Of a stretch of DNA of 63,320 nucleotides, positions 25,481-35,031 are shown in pieces. Source of the stretch: a virus (lineage: Duplodnaviria; Caudoviricetes). The stretch covers positions 1 to 63,320 of the IMG/VR virus record IMGVR_UViG_3300023178_000048. One strand, 5' to 3'. Position 1 is the stretch's first letter. Every line of letters begins with the position of its first letter. The notes under the pieces are model-generated. The model did not search any database. It was not told the origin of the DNA and saw only the letters and a list, made by a program, of their open reading frames with translations. The translations under genes and the position numbers were made by a program.

Positions 25481-26695
25481 ATGGTAGACCAAGTAACAAG
25501 ATTGAAGCGGTCACACATCCGCTTGATGAAGAACAAACGCACTGCCTTGTATAGCGGGGTGCTGATGCTCGGCGATTCGGAGATTGTCTCTAACTGCAAG
25601 ACTGCATACACAGATGGGGTCAACAAGCGGTACGGCGAGGCTTTTATGTCAGGACTGTCTGACGCGGAGTTTAACGCCGTTGTCATGCATGAGAATCTGC
25701 ACGTTGCGCTGAAGCACTTACCGCTACACAAACGCAAGTGGAAAGAGAACGCCAAAGCCGCGAACATTGCGGCGGACTTTGTTGTGAACGACATCATTTA
25801 TCAATTGGAGAGGTGGGACAGCGACTTTATTAAGTTGCCTAAGTGTGCTTTGTATGATGATAAGTATCACAATTGGTCTTTCGATCAGGTGTACCGTGAC
25901 TTAATGGATAAATCATCTACGTCAAAGAAGCCCGGTAGTTGTCAGCAGGGTGATGGCAATGGTGACCCGCTTGATGGTATGGAGCCACTTGACGAGCACG
26001 ACTACGAGTCAGAGGTGTCTGACGCGAAAGGTAACGAACTATCTGATAAACAGATAGCCGATGCTGTAGACAGTGCTTTGCGTGAAGGCGGTATGCTTGC
26101 AGGGAAAGTAGGCGGCGATATGCCTAGAGCAATCAAAGATTTGCTTACACCGCAGGTTGATTGGCGTGAGGAACTACGGGAGTGGGTGAGCGAATTTGCC
26201 GTGGGTAAAGATGAGTACACATTCCGTAAGTTTGATAGGCGTCACATCGTCAATGATTTGTATATGCCAACCACTTATTCCGATACGGTAGGCGACTTGG
26301 TTGTTTGTATTGATACATCAGGTTCAATTGGTCAGCATCAAATCAATGAGTTTGCGACAGAACTGGCTTCAATTACAGAAAGCGTTACGCCAAGCGGTAT
26401 ACGAATATTGTGGTGGGATACTATAGTGAGGGGTGACCAACGGCTTGAACCGACTCAGTATTCAAGTCTTAAGACGCTTCTCAAACCCAAGGGAGGTGGG
26501 GGCACTAGCATTGCTTGTGTTCCTAAGTACATTAAAGATAAGAACATAGAAGCAGAGGCGGTTATTGTCTTTACCGACGGTTACCTAGACGATGAGGACA
26601 AGTGGTCATCAAACGCGCCGACGCTTTGGCTTGTAACGCAAAACCAAAACTTTGTCCCGACAATGGGTAAAAAAGTTAAATTCAACCTTGATTAA
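25481..26695 (+). CDS. Metallopeptidase-like + VWA domain protein (DUF2201-like)
   Basis: TAYTDG, HENLH (HExxH), NIAAD..VN; MIDAS DTSGS, GGGGT, FTDG. Confidence 0.88.
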   Translation: MVDQVTRLKRSHIRLMKNKRTALYSGVLMLGDSEIVSNCKTAYTDGVNKRYGEAFMSGLSDAEFNAVVMHENLHVALKHLPLHKRKWKENAKAANIAADFVVNDIIYQLERWDSDFIKLPKCALYDDKYHNWSFDQVYRDLMDKSSTSKKPGSCQQGDGNGDPLDGMEPLDEHDYESEVSDAKGNELSDKQIADAVDSALREGGMLAGKVGGDMPRAIKDLLTPQVDWREELREWVSEFAVGKDEYTFRKFDRRHIVNDLYMPTTYSDTVGDLVVCIDTSGSIGQHQINEFATELASITESVTPSGIRILWWDTIVRGDQRLEPTQYSSLKTLLKPKGGGGTSIACVPKYIKDKNIEAEAVIVFTDGYLDDEDKWSSNAPTLWLVTQNQNFVPTMGKKVKFNLD

Positions 26696-26709
26696 CAGGA
26701 GAAACCAAG

Positions 26710-27708
26710 ATGAGCAACGATATATTTCATCCGTCAGTCACCCCTGACACGTTATCTGCGTGGCAAGATGTTGCCCCCGAAATTCAGAAAGCGGCTAAAG
26801 AAGTTATAAAACATAGCGAGGGGCTGTACATTCACTCAGTAGGTTCTTGGAATGATACGGGAAGAGCGGGCGGTGACAAAGTTGCCGTACTAAGTGACAA
26901 GCACGGCTTAATAGCGATGCAAATTACTATGGTGTTTCGCCACCAAGGGCCTGACTATTACAGGTATGTTATTAAAACTCCATTTACTCGCCGAGAGAGG
27001 GCGGACTACACGCTACCCGGCGGATGGGCATCTTATGCAAGGGCATCGGCAAAACTAAGCACTGTCATAAAAGCAGTTAAGCAGGATTGGGGTATCGACC
27101 CGAAAAAGAAATTTAGTGGTGACATACTAGAAGAGGAAACTTTTAAGAATTTTAAAGATAGGTCAAGACCAACTTTGCGATTCCTACTAGAGAGGATTAA
27201 TGAAAGATCTTCAATGCCGTCCCTTGTCAATACAGACCGGGACTTTGAGAGGAGTATGCTTGAGTACATTGTTAACGGTGTACCTCTATCCATCGAAGCT
27301 ACGACTCAAGCCTCGGAACTCCTAATGCATTCTGTACGACTGGAACAAGAATATCAGAAGCAACTAGCCAATAAAGTGCCGTTGGATGGCAGGTATAAAA
27401 TTACCACAGAAATAGGATGCGCGACTGGTAATCTATTTATTACAGGGGTAGCAACTGTAGAAGAGACGGATGAGACTCTTATGCATTTTACAAAAGCTAC
27501 TTTATCCGATATTACTATCTCTAAAGAGTTAGACGAGGATACAAAAATAGACTTGTTAATGCATATGGAAGCCAAAAACATGTCTACAGATAGCGGTTTT
27601 ACTATTCCTAGAAGTGACACTGTGGTTAAAGAATTGCTTAGCGCAACGTATTACAGCGGCGGCGGGAGAGCCCAAGAGATCGACAGGTTTTTTATTAAGA
27701 AACTTTGA
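26710..27708 (+). CDS. Hypothetical protein
   Basis: 332 aa, AGGAG RBS. Confidence 0.75.
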   Translation: MSNDIFHPSVTPDTLSAWQDVAPEIQKAAKEVIKHSEGLYIHSVGSWNDTGRAGGDKVAVLSDKHGLIAMQITMVFRHQGPDYYRYVIKTPFTRRERADYTLPGGWASYARASAKLSTVIKAVKQDWGIDPKKKFSGDILEEETFKNFKDRSRPTLRFLLERINERSSMPSLVNTDRDFERSMLEYIVNGVPLSIEATTQASELLMHSVRLEQEYQKQLANKVPLDGRYKITTEIGCATGNLFITGVATVEETDETLMHFTKATLSDITISKELDEDTKIDLLMHMEAKNMSTDSGFTIPRSDTVVKELLSATYYSGGGRAQEIDRFFIKKL

Positions 27709-28061
27709 TGGTAGTCGAGCCTATGCCCCATCAGACTTTGAAGGGTGCTTGGCGCGTTCCAGTGGTAGTAATTGATTGCGGGGATACGTATGAGGTTTAC
27801 ATACACAGTAACTATCTTTTGCGGTACGAGAGTAAAAAGCTTCCGAACAGCATAAGGATGAGGCTGTCTATGATTCATGCCATCCCGACACCAAAACAGA
27901 TTTCCAAAAAGGCAGGGGCTTTGTCTGACCACAGTATGTATATCAATTACCATGATAAGCGGCTCGATGAAATCGGGTGGCAATCAGGTGCCGATACATA
28001 TATTGTTGTGTTAGAGCAAAAAGACTTTATGCGTCTTCGCGGAACCCTACAAAGGACGTAA
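27705..28061 (+). CDS. Hypothetical protein
   Basis: Coupled to upstream gene; LP..IR.RLSMI, EIGW motifs. Confidence 0.65.
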   Translation: MMVVEPMPHQTLKGAWRVPVVVIDCGDTYEVYIHSNYLLRYESKKLPNSIRMRLSMIHAIPTPKQISKKAGALSDHSMYINYHDKRLDEIGWQSGADTYIVVLEQKDFMRLRGTLQRT

Positions 28062-28063
28062 CA

Positions 28064-28369
28064 GTGACACCTGAGGCAAAAGTCAAAAGAGTTGTTACCC
28101 GCACACTGGAGTCAATGGGGGCTTACATTGTTAAGCCCCTGACAGGCGGGTATGGTTCGTCAGGGGTGCCTGACATCTTAGTTTGTTGGAAAGGGTTGTT
28201 TATCGGTATTGAATGTAAAGCCGCAAGAGGTAAATTGACTGAACTTCAAAAGCATAACTTGGAGCAGATTACTATCAACGGCGGCTTGGCGCTTGTTGTT
28301 AACGAGCAGAATGCGAGCACGTTTCAACAGGAAATTGATAACTGGTTTCTCAGGAGGCAGAAAACATGA
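28064..28369 (+). CDS. VRR-NUC domain nuclease (putative Holliday junction resolvase)
   Basis: TPEAKVK...GYGSSGVPD...FIGIECKA...TELQ; GTG start re-called. Confidence 0.85.
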   Translation: MTPEAKVKRVVTRTLESMGAYIVKPLTGGYGSSGVPDILVCWKGLFIGIECKAARGKLTELQKHNLEQITINGGLALVVNEQNASTFQQEIDNWFLRRQKT

Positions 28370-28587
28370 GGGAATTTTTAGTGCAAGATATTTGGACTCA
28401 ACACGCGGAAAAGTACTGCGACGAGTGTGAATATAAACAAACGCATATCAGTTTCGTGCCATACGGCGAATCATCGACTGAGTTGCGGGACGAATCCTGC
28501 GTGTTGTTGAACGACCCCAGTTTACCGGCAACGTGGTGCGCGGGTTACGACGACTGGAAACAAGCTGAGGAGAGCGATGATGAATAA
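28366..28587 (+). CDS. Small Cys-containing hypothetical protein
   Basis: AGGAGG RBS; CDEC...C...C. Confidence 0.6.
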   Translation: MREFLVQDIWTQHAEKYCDECEYKQTHISFVPYGESSTELRDESCVLLNDPSLPATWCAGYDDWKQAEESDDE

Positions 28588-29644
28588 CGCAATGATTGCA
28601 GACATCGAACAAATATCCCCGCGACTGCTAAACCCTATGGAGTGGACTTGGGCAGAAATAGACATACCAATAGAAGACGCATCCCCATGTTTCAAATTGT
28701 TGGGTAGGGAAGACGACATGGGGGACGGTGTTTTTACTTCAAGCGAAGTCTACGACAGGGTACGCTTACCGTTTCCTGATATGGCTATTTACCAGACCGC
28801 CGGGGCCGGTAACAACAAGAAAATAATTCTTTTAGAGCATAAAACAGACAAGATAATAGTAAATATATACGAAAAACTAGCGCCAAACGTGGCGAATAAT
28901 TTAGAAAAAGTTACAGGTTTTAAATGGTTTGGGTGGAAATTTGTTTGTACTTTAGTCTTTAATGAGTCTGGTCTAGATTCAGAGTCTATACGCTGGCCTT
29001 TATTAGCCAATATGGGACTTCTAATGAATGAAATAATGGTAGACGCTAAAAGAAGGTTTAGCCCAGACTATGTACCATCGGAAAACAACGAGTACGGAGA
29101 AACTATAGGGGAGATGAACGCGCGTTGGGAAAATGTTTCTATACCAGCCGAGAGGGATGCCCCCTATTTTTACCGGGACGTACCTGAAAAACTTAGGAAA
29201 ACAACGTGGTACTACATGGAAAGCTTCCACAGGACGGCTTTAAATTCTATGGCTAAATTAACTTTAGCCAACGAAACCGCATCGTTGAAAATATATCTAC
29301 CTGCTAAAGCAGTGGGTAAAGACAAAATCAATAAAGCCCGCAAGAAAAAGAATCTACAACCTATGTTACGGTGGACGGAACGAGTGTTTGAGCCCCAAGT
29401 TGTGCGTGTGGGTGGGGAGTCTAGAAAAGGTGGTACGCATGCCAGCCCGTATTACCACAAACGCCGAGGGCATTGGCGTCATCTCTTATGTGAAGATATG
29501 ACCAAAATACCTGAAGGGTGGGAAATAGCAGAAACCCGTCCGGGCCACATTAGGCGGTGGATAGAGTCTATGGAAATAAATGTTAGGTTCAAGCATAGTG
29601 GTAAAGCAGTCTTTCATGACTACAAAATAAAGGAAGCAGCATGA
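28577..29644 (+). CDS. Hypothetical protein with C-terminal HASP..H.RRGHWR motif
   Basis: GGTHASPYYHKRRGHWR...VFHDY. Confidence 0.75.
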   Translation: MMNNAMIADIEQISPRLLNPMEWTWAEIDIPIEDASPCFKLLGREDDMGDGVFTSSEVYDRVRLPFPDMAIYQTAGAGNNKKIILLEHKTDKIIVNIYEKLAPNVANNLEKVTGFKWFGWKFVCTLVFNESGLDSESIRWPLLANMGLLMNEIMVDAKRRFSPDYVPSENNEYGETIGEMNARWENVSIPAERDAPYFYRDVPEKLRKTTWYYMESFHRTALNSMAKLTLANETASLKIYLPAKAVGKDKINKARKKKNLQPMLRWTERVFEPQVVRVGGESRKGGTHASPYYHKRRGHWRHLLCEDMTKIPEGWEIAETRPGHIRRWIESMEINVRFKHSGKAVFHDYKIKEAA

Positions 29645-29970
29645 GAAACCAAATAAAAACCCGTGCGCTGGTGTCAATGATTAAAGAATTATACGAAGGC
29701 GCAACGAAGGCTGAGTTAGAGCAGGCGAGCGGCTTGCATCACAACACCATATACCGCTGGATGCGGACGATGCGGGCGCAGAAGATTGTATACATAGAGG
29801 GGTGGGAGCGCGATTCGCGGGGTTGTAATATGATTCCGGTGTACAAGTTGGGCGATGGGTTTGATGCCAAGCGACCACCACGTATGACCCCGCTGGAGCG
29901 AACCCACGCATACCGACGCCGTAAAAAACTACGGCAGATTCAAGCAGCTTTAACTGGAGGTGCAGTATGA
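29641..29970 (+). CDS. HTH DNA-binding protein
   Basis: TKAELEQASGLHHNTIYRWM winged-HTH pattern. Confidence 0.7.
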   Translation: MRNQIKTRALVSMIKELYEGATKAELEQASGLHHNTIYRWMRTMRAQKIVYIEGWERDSRGCNMIPVYKLGDGFDAKRPPRMTPLERTHAYRRRKKLRQIQAALTGGAV

Positions 29971-30191
29971 GCAGTTTTTTTAAGGTTGAGTTGATACGCG
30001 AGAACCCCGATGGTAGCGCCGACTATATGTTCAACTTGACTCCTGAATCTGTAATGTCGTTTGCACGGCTGGGCATCATGACGGCTATTCAAGCGGGGCT
30101 GGACAAAGCCGAACGGTACGAGCCTGATGTTGATGCCAGCGACACATCGTCAGAACGTGTCGATGAAACGGAGAAACGTAAACATGATTGA
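29967..30191 (+). CDS. Hypothetical protein
   Basis: GGAGG RBS; ENPDGSAD motif. Confidence 0.65.
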   Translation: MSSFFKVELIRENPDGSADYMFNLTPESVMSFARLGIMTAIQAGLDKAERYEPDVDASDTSSERVDETEKRKHD

Positions 30192-30408
30192 ACCCTACGT
30201 GCCCAAGGTTGACCCAAGAGGTATCTATGCCCGAGCCGCCCACGTTGGTGGGCTAGGCTGGATGCTCAAAGACGCCGCGCACTACGAAGCCCTGATGGCG
30301 ATGGTGGATTACGTCATAGCGTATTGCCATTCTGCTGATGCCCAGCAGGTAGAAGAAATCAAACGCTATATACGTGAGAAAGACTTTGATATGGATGGGA
30401 GATGCTGA
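30184..30408 (+). CDS. Hypothetical protein
   Basis: GGAG RBS before ATG 30184. Confidence 0.55.
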   Translation: MIEPYVPKVDPRGIYARAAHVGGLGWMLKDAAHYEALMAMVDYVIAYCHSADAQQVEEIKRYIREKDFDMDGRC

Positions 30409-30409
30409 T

Positions 30410-30988
30410 ATGTCGAAACTAGAAATCCATTTTCCGGTGGTTATCTACGTTGAACATGATTTGTTTGACGGCGAGCAGAACCGTATATGGCGGGACAGAG
30501 CGTTGGATATACGTAAGCAGTACCCTAGCAGTAGAAATTGGGAAGGTGGTACTTACACAACTATCAATGGTGATTACTCTGTAACATCCGATGCAGTTTT
30601 CTTACCACTTGTAGATGCAGTTACCAAGCACGCTAATGAGTTTGCCAAAGCCCACGCATCAGACTTTGAATACAAGACGCAGGGTGGTTGGTTAAACGTG
30701 TCGGAGCCGGGCAACTCACAAGAGTTTCATGCCCATAACGATGCAATCATTAGCGCCGTTTACTTCATCTCTGCTCCCGCTAGTAGTGGAAACCTTATGT
30801 TTGAAGACCCTAAGCAACCGGACATGCTACCGCTGAGAAACTTAAAAGAGTCGAAAGTAATCAATGCCGATAGAGTTGGCTTTGAGCCCAAAGAAGGCAC
30901 ATTAATTTTATTCAGGTCTTATCTTAGACACATGGTTACACGAAACATGTCAAATGATGTGCGTGTTTCCGCGTCGTTTAATCTGTAA
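30410..30988 (+). CDS. 2OG-Fe(II) oxygenase (TIGR02466-like)
   Basis: W.N, HAH..., SAVYF, G.L.F.SYL.H.V, RVSASFN. Confidence 0.85.
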   Translation: MSKLEIHFPVVIYVEHDLFDGEQNRIWRDRALDIRKQYPSSRNWEGGTYTTINGDYSVTSDAVFLPLVDAVTKHANEFAKAHASDFEYKTQGGWLNVSEPGNSQEFHAHNDAIISAVYFISAPASSGNLMFEDPKQPDMLPLRNLKESKVINADRVGFEPKEGTLILFRSYLRHMVTRNMSNDVRVSASFNL

Positions 30989-31011
30989 CTCACCATGTTT
31001 GGAGTCGTAGC

Positions 31012-31254
31012 ATGAGTCGAAGCCGAACACCCGACGCCAAAGAGCTTGAATCCGTTCAGCGTAAGGTCAATCTTGTGCTGGGCGTTTCAGGGCAGAAAGA
31101 CGAGCAGATTAACGTGTTAGTGCATTCGCTATCTAAACTTAGCGCTATGCATAGGCTAGAGATGGCAAGCGTTATAGCTGCGTTATGCGAATCTTATTTG
31201 ATGTACATAGAACTGATGGTTCGTGAACAGGAAGAAGGAGAAGACGATGAGTGA
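31012..31254 (+). CDS. Hypothetical protein
   Basis: GGAG RBS. Confidence 0.6.
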   Translation: MSRSRTPDAKELESVQRKVNLVLGVSGQKDEQINVLVHSLSKLSAMHRLEMASVIAALCESYLMYIELMVREQEEGEDDE

Positions 31255-31408
31255 TTTACCTGAACCGCGTGGTCGTGGGCCGAGTGATTTGGAAATTTTT
31301 GATGAGATATGGCACCTGATTAAGTCGGGTATTATTTTGTGTGTTCTCTTGTCGGGCATGGCGTTTATCACTGGCTTGGCATGGGGTTGGATTGGGAGGT
31401 TCCTTTGA
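31247..31408 (+). CDS. Small membrane protein
   Basis: AGGAG RBS; C-terminal TM helix. Confidence 0.55.
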   Translation: MSDLPEPRGRGPSDLEIFDEIWHLIKSGIILCVLLSGMAFITGLAWGWIGRFL

Positions 31409-31629
31409 CTAATTTATCGGTAGCGTTTTTCCCGTGCCCTGAGTGCGGCAAGTTAGCTAAATGCTTAGAGGTGCGCAAGCGCGCAAGCGGTGAGGGTACG
31501 TGGAAATATCGCAGGTATGAATGCTCTAGTGAGCACAAGTTTTCTACCGCAGAACATGTTTACCAGCCCGTGCGTGGGCACAAGAAAAGTTTGATTCAGT
31601 TTCGAGAGGAGCTAGACGATGCCAAGTGA
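31405..31629 (+). CDS. Zn-ribbon protein (NrdR N-terminal/Ogr-like)
   Basis: CPECG...V....YRRYEC...HKFST.E; GGAGG RBS before TTG. Confidence 0.65.
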   Translation: MTNLSVAFFPCPECGKLAKCLEVRKRASGEGTWKYRRYECSSEHKFSTAEHVYQPVRGHKKSLIQFREELDDAK

Positions 31630-31855
31630 AGAAGAGTTCAGAGAGTTAGATTTACTTCTAGGAGACGCAAGAAATGAAAACAGAATCTTACGACACAGAT
31701 TGGATAAAGCCTTGGATGAGGCCGTGCGACTACGACAAGCACTGGAAGGCATCCTCGCCCTATCCTACCAATCCATTTATCCGAGTCAATCCCAAGGAGT
31801 TAGTGAAGGCCCACCGAATGTGGGAGAAGCAGCAACAGAAATCGGGGCAGACTGA
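31619..31855 (+). CDS. Small coiled-coil protein
   Basis: GAGGAG RBS; heptad ENRILRHRLD. Confidence 0.5.
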   Translation: MPSEEEFRELDLLLGDARNENRILRHRLDKALDEAVRLRQALEGILALSYQSIYPSQSQGVSEGPPNVGEAATEIGAD

Positions 31856-31886
31856 CCTTGACGATCTAGGCGAAGCGCCATTTTGA
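31674..31886 (+). CDS. Small hypothetical protein overlapping the previous ORF
   Basis: AGGAG RBS; PFIRVNPKEL...LGEAPF. Confidence 0.45.
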   Translation: MKTESYDTDWIKPWMRPCDYDKHWKASSPYPTNPFIRVNPKELVKAHRMWEKQQQKSGQTDLDDLGEAPF

Positions 31887-31908
31887 AAGGAGTAAACTAA
31901 TGTAATAC

Positions 31909-31938
31909 TTGACAAACTGATATTTGACCGCACATAAT
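31909..31938 (+). promoter_or_regulatory. Sigma70-like promoter for replication genes
   Basis: TTGACA-18 nt-CATAAT. Confidence 0.5.
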
Positions 31939-31969
31939 CACGATTCAATTTTTTTGGAGAAAGCAAATC

Positions 31970-32413
31970 ATGCGTAAAACATCACGTAGACAGAAAATCA
32001 TTCAGCAAATCAAACTTGGCAAGACCAACCAAGAGATACTTAGTTCCATCAGAGGCGTCACCAAGTCTCAGGTGTATAACGCTCGATGGGAGTTTAATAA
32101 GTCAGCGGGGTCTGACGAAGTAGTTAAAGCCAAGCGACCAGTCGGGCGACCAAAGAAAGTTATAACATTAACGCCTAGCGGAGTCGAACTTTTAGATAAG
32201 CTCGCATCCCATGATAGGAACAAGGTGGTTAACAATCCGCCTCACTACACTGATGGCGGTATGGAAGTTATTGACTTTATCGAAGCCAAGAAACTAAACT
32301 ATCACCTAGGCAACGTAGTAAAGTACGTGTCACGAGCGGGTAAGAAAGACAATGCGCGAACAGACTTAGAAAAAGCTAAGTGGTATCTAGAAAGAGCCAT
32401 CGAGCGTATATAG
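31970..32413 (+). CDS. DUF3310 (T7 gp1.7-like nucleotide kinase) protein with N-terminal HTH/AT-hook-like extension
   Basis: VNNPPHY..GG.E.ID.I....GN..KY..RAG.K...DL.KA.WYL; RPVGRPKK. Confidence 0.8.
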   Translation: MRKTSRRQKIIQQIKLGKTNQEILSSIRGVTKSQVYNARWEFNKSAGSDEVVKAKRPVGRPKKVITLTPSGVELLDKLASHDRNKVVNNPPHYTDGGMEVIDFIEAKKLNYHLGNVVKYVSRAGKKDNARTDLEKAKWYLERAIERI

Positions 32414-32454
32414 TCTTAAGCGGGGGCTTGTCCCCCGCTGCCCCCGGAGAACAG

Positions 32455-34335
32455 ATGTCGTTAATTACACTAGACTTTGAGACTTACTATTCAAAGTCGT
32501 TCAGCCTATCTAGGCTACCCACAGAAGAATATATACGGTCACCTGAATTTGAGGTGATTGGCGTCGCTATAAAGATTGACGAAGGCGAAGTAGTATGGCA
32601 TGCCGGTAACAAAGAGGCCCTACGCAAAACTTTGTTGGCGCTCGATTGGAAGAACAGCGCCCTGCTTTGCCACAACACAATGTTTGATGGAGCCATACTT
32701 AAATGGTTCTTTGGTATAACCCCCAAATACTATCTAGACACGCTATGCATGGCTAGAGCCGTTCACGGCGTAGAAGTCGGAGGTTCGCTCGCGGCGTTAG
32801 CAGAAAGATACCAAATAGGCAAGAAAGGCACAGAAGTAGTCAACGCGCTTGGTAAGTATCTAGCTGATTTCAACGAAGAAGACTTGGCGCGGTATGGTGA
32901 GTATTGCCGTAATGACGTTCAGTTAACGTTTGACTTGTTCGCTAGGCTTGGCGCAAATATAGACGAGTCTGAGTTGGACTTGATTGATATGACAATCAGG
33001 ATGTTTACGCATCCGAAACTACAAGTTGATGTTGAACTGCTTGAGAAGCGGCTGGTAGAACTTAAAGAAGAAAAGCTTGAGCTACTGTCTTCACTAAAGG
33101 AAAAACTTAAATGTGAGACAGAAGAAGACGTCCGTAAGAAACTGTCATCTAACCAGCAGTTTGCCAATGTGCTTAGGGATTTTGGTGTTGAGCCAAAGAT
33201 GAAGATAAGCAAAACTACGGGCAAAGAAACCTTGGCGCTGGCTAAAGGCGATCCGGAGTTTATTGAGTTAACTGAACACGAAAATTCATTCATCCAGCAC
33301 CTATGCACTGTGCGTCTAGGCACTAAGTCAACCATTGAAGAATCGCGCATACAGCGTTTCATAGACATAAGTAAGCGTAATCGCGGCGCGCTACCGATAC
33401 CATTGAAATACTACGGCGCCCACACTGGGCGGTGGTCGGGCTACGACAAAGTTAACTTTCAGAACCTACCTAGCCGCGACCCGAAAAAGAAAACGCTAAA
33501 ACAAGCAGTGATAGCGCCAGAAGGTTATGTTGTTATCAACTGTGACTCTTCTCAGATTGAGGCGCGGGTGCTTGCTTGGCTATCCGGTCAGACTGATCTG
33601 ACACAATCTTTTGCCGACAAAGAAGACGTTTACAAAATAATGGCGGCTTCCATCTATGACAAAGATAGGGAAGATATAACCAAAGACGAGCGATTCGTTG
33701 GTAAGACAACTATCCTAGGATGCGGCTACGGCATGGGAGCAAAGCGCTTTGCGTTGCAGTTAAAGACGATGGGCGTTGACATGACCGAGGACGAAGCCAA
33801 ACGAATCATAGATGTATACCGTAGCGAATACAGCAATATAAAAAACTTATGGTACGAGGCCGATAGATTTATAGATACTATGCTGGCTCAGGATTTCAAA
33901 GAGACGCTATATTTTGGTCAGCATAAGTGCGTCAAGGTCTACAACGACGGCATCACCCTACCCAATGACTTACGTATATCTTACAAAAACCTACGCCGCG
34001 AGAATGTACCGAGCGAGCACGAGGGCGAGCCACCGGTATCTAAGATTGTCTATGACTCGCGTAAGGGAAAGGTATTCTTATGGGGCGGCACGTTCGTAGA
34101 GAACGTTATTCAAGCCTTGGCGCGAATCATTGTGGGTGAGCAGATGCTCGCTATTAACAAGAAATACCAAGTGGTGCTGACCGTCCACGATGCGGCGGTA
34201 GTAGTCGTGCCTGAAGACGAGGCTGACGAGGCCGTTGAGTATATAACTGGCATCATGTCTACGCCCCCCACTTGGGCGTCTACGCTCCCGGTAGCCTGTG
34301 AGGCAGAGTTTGCACAACGCTACGGCGACTGTTAA
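32455..34335 (+). CDS. polA: Family A DNA polymerase with 3'-5' exonuclease
   Basis: ExoI LDFET, ExoII HN.MFD, ExoIII YC.ND; TGRWS, NFQNLP, DSSQIEAR, R..GKTTILGCGYG, VHD; start re-called to ATG 32455. Confidence 0.95.
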   Translation: MSLITLDFETYYSKSFSLSRLPTEEYIRSPEFEVIGVAIKIDEGEVVWHAGNKEALRKTLLALDWKNSALLCHNTMFDGAILKWFFGITPKYYLDTLCMARAVHGVEVGGSLAALAERYQIGKKGTEVVNALGKYLADFNEEDLARYGEYCRNDVQLTFDLFARLGANIDESELDLIDMTIRMFTHPKLQVDVELLEKRLVELKEEKLELLSSLKEKLKCETEEDVRKKLSSNQQFANVLRDFGVEPKMKISKTTGKETLALAKGDPEFIELTEHENSFIQHLCTVRLGTKSTIEESRIQRFIDISKRNRGALPIPLKYYGAHTGRWSGYDKVNFQNLPSRDPKKKTLKQAVIAPEGYVVINCDSSQIEARVLAWLSGQTDLTQSFADKEDVYKIMAASIYDKDREDITKDERFVGKTTILGCGYGMGAKRFALQLKTMGVDMTEDEAKRIIDVYRSEYSNIKNLWYEADRFIDTMLAQDFKETLYFGQHKCVKVYNDGITLPNDLRISYKNLRRENVPSEHEGEPPVSKIVYDSRKGKVFLWGGTFVENVIQALARIIVGEQMLAINKKYQVVLTVHDAAVVVVPEDEADEAVEYITGIMSTPPTWASTLPVACEAEFAQRYGDC

Positions 34336-34369
34336 CATATAGCTCCCTTTACAAACCGGAAGATTTAGT

Positions 34370-35029
34370 ATGAATACAGTCAAGTGGTCGTTCTCCAGTC
34401 TAAAAGATTACATTAACTGCCCACGGCAGTACCAAGAAATTAAAGTTCTCAAGCGGTTCCATAAGGCGCCAACTCAGCAAACACTTTATGGTCAAGAAGT
34501 ACATAGGGCACTAGAGGACTATGTCAAAGACGGCACGCCGCTTGCGAAGAACTATCAGAAATACAAACCTCAGCTAGACCCGCTTAGAGATATGCCGGGT
34601 GATAAGTACCCCGAGCATCGCATGGCGCTGACCATTGACAAAGAACCATGCAAGTTCGGGTCGCCCGACTATTGGGTACGAGGTATTGCTGACTTAGTGG
34701 TGGTGGATGGAGACACAGGCTTCATAGTTGACTATAAAACGGGGAAGTCAACCTATCCTGACCTGAAACAGTTGCAGTTGATGGCGCTTATGGCGTTTGC
34801 CCATTTTCCGCAATTAGAGCGTATAAAGGGCGGATTACTTTTTGTCGCCTACGAAGATTTCTTCACTTCTGAGTACACGCGGGATAAAATTGATGAATAC
34901 TGGGAGTCGTTCAACGAACCACTGACTCGGTTACAGTTTTCTTTAGATAACGACACTTGGCAAGAAAACCCGACAGGGCTTTGCGGGTGGTGTCCAGTAT
35001 CTATATGTCAACACTACAAGGAAAGGTAG
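34370..35029 (+). CDS. Cas4-like PD-(D/E)xK exonuclease
   Basis: WSFSS...CPR; RGIAD...IVDYKTGK...QL; C-terminal CGWCP..C. Confidence 0.85.
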   Translation: MNTVKWSFSSLKDYINCPRQYQEIKVLKRFHKAPTQQTLYGQEVHRALEDYVKDGTPLAKNYQKYKPQLDPLRDMPGDKYPEHRMALTIDKEPCKFGSPDYWVRGIADLVVVDGDTGFIVDYKTGKSTYPDLKQLQLMALMAFAHFPQLERIKGGLLFVAYEDFFTSEYTRDKIDEYWESFNEPLTRLQFSLDNDTWQENPTGLCGWCPVSICQHYKER

Positions 35030-35031
35030 AC

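Noticed and set aside
34370-35029. Cas4-like gene as part of a CRISPR system
   Set aside because: Solo nuclease in a replication module; no array or other cas genes
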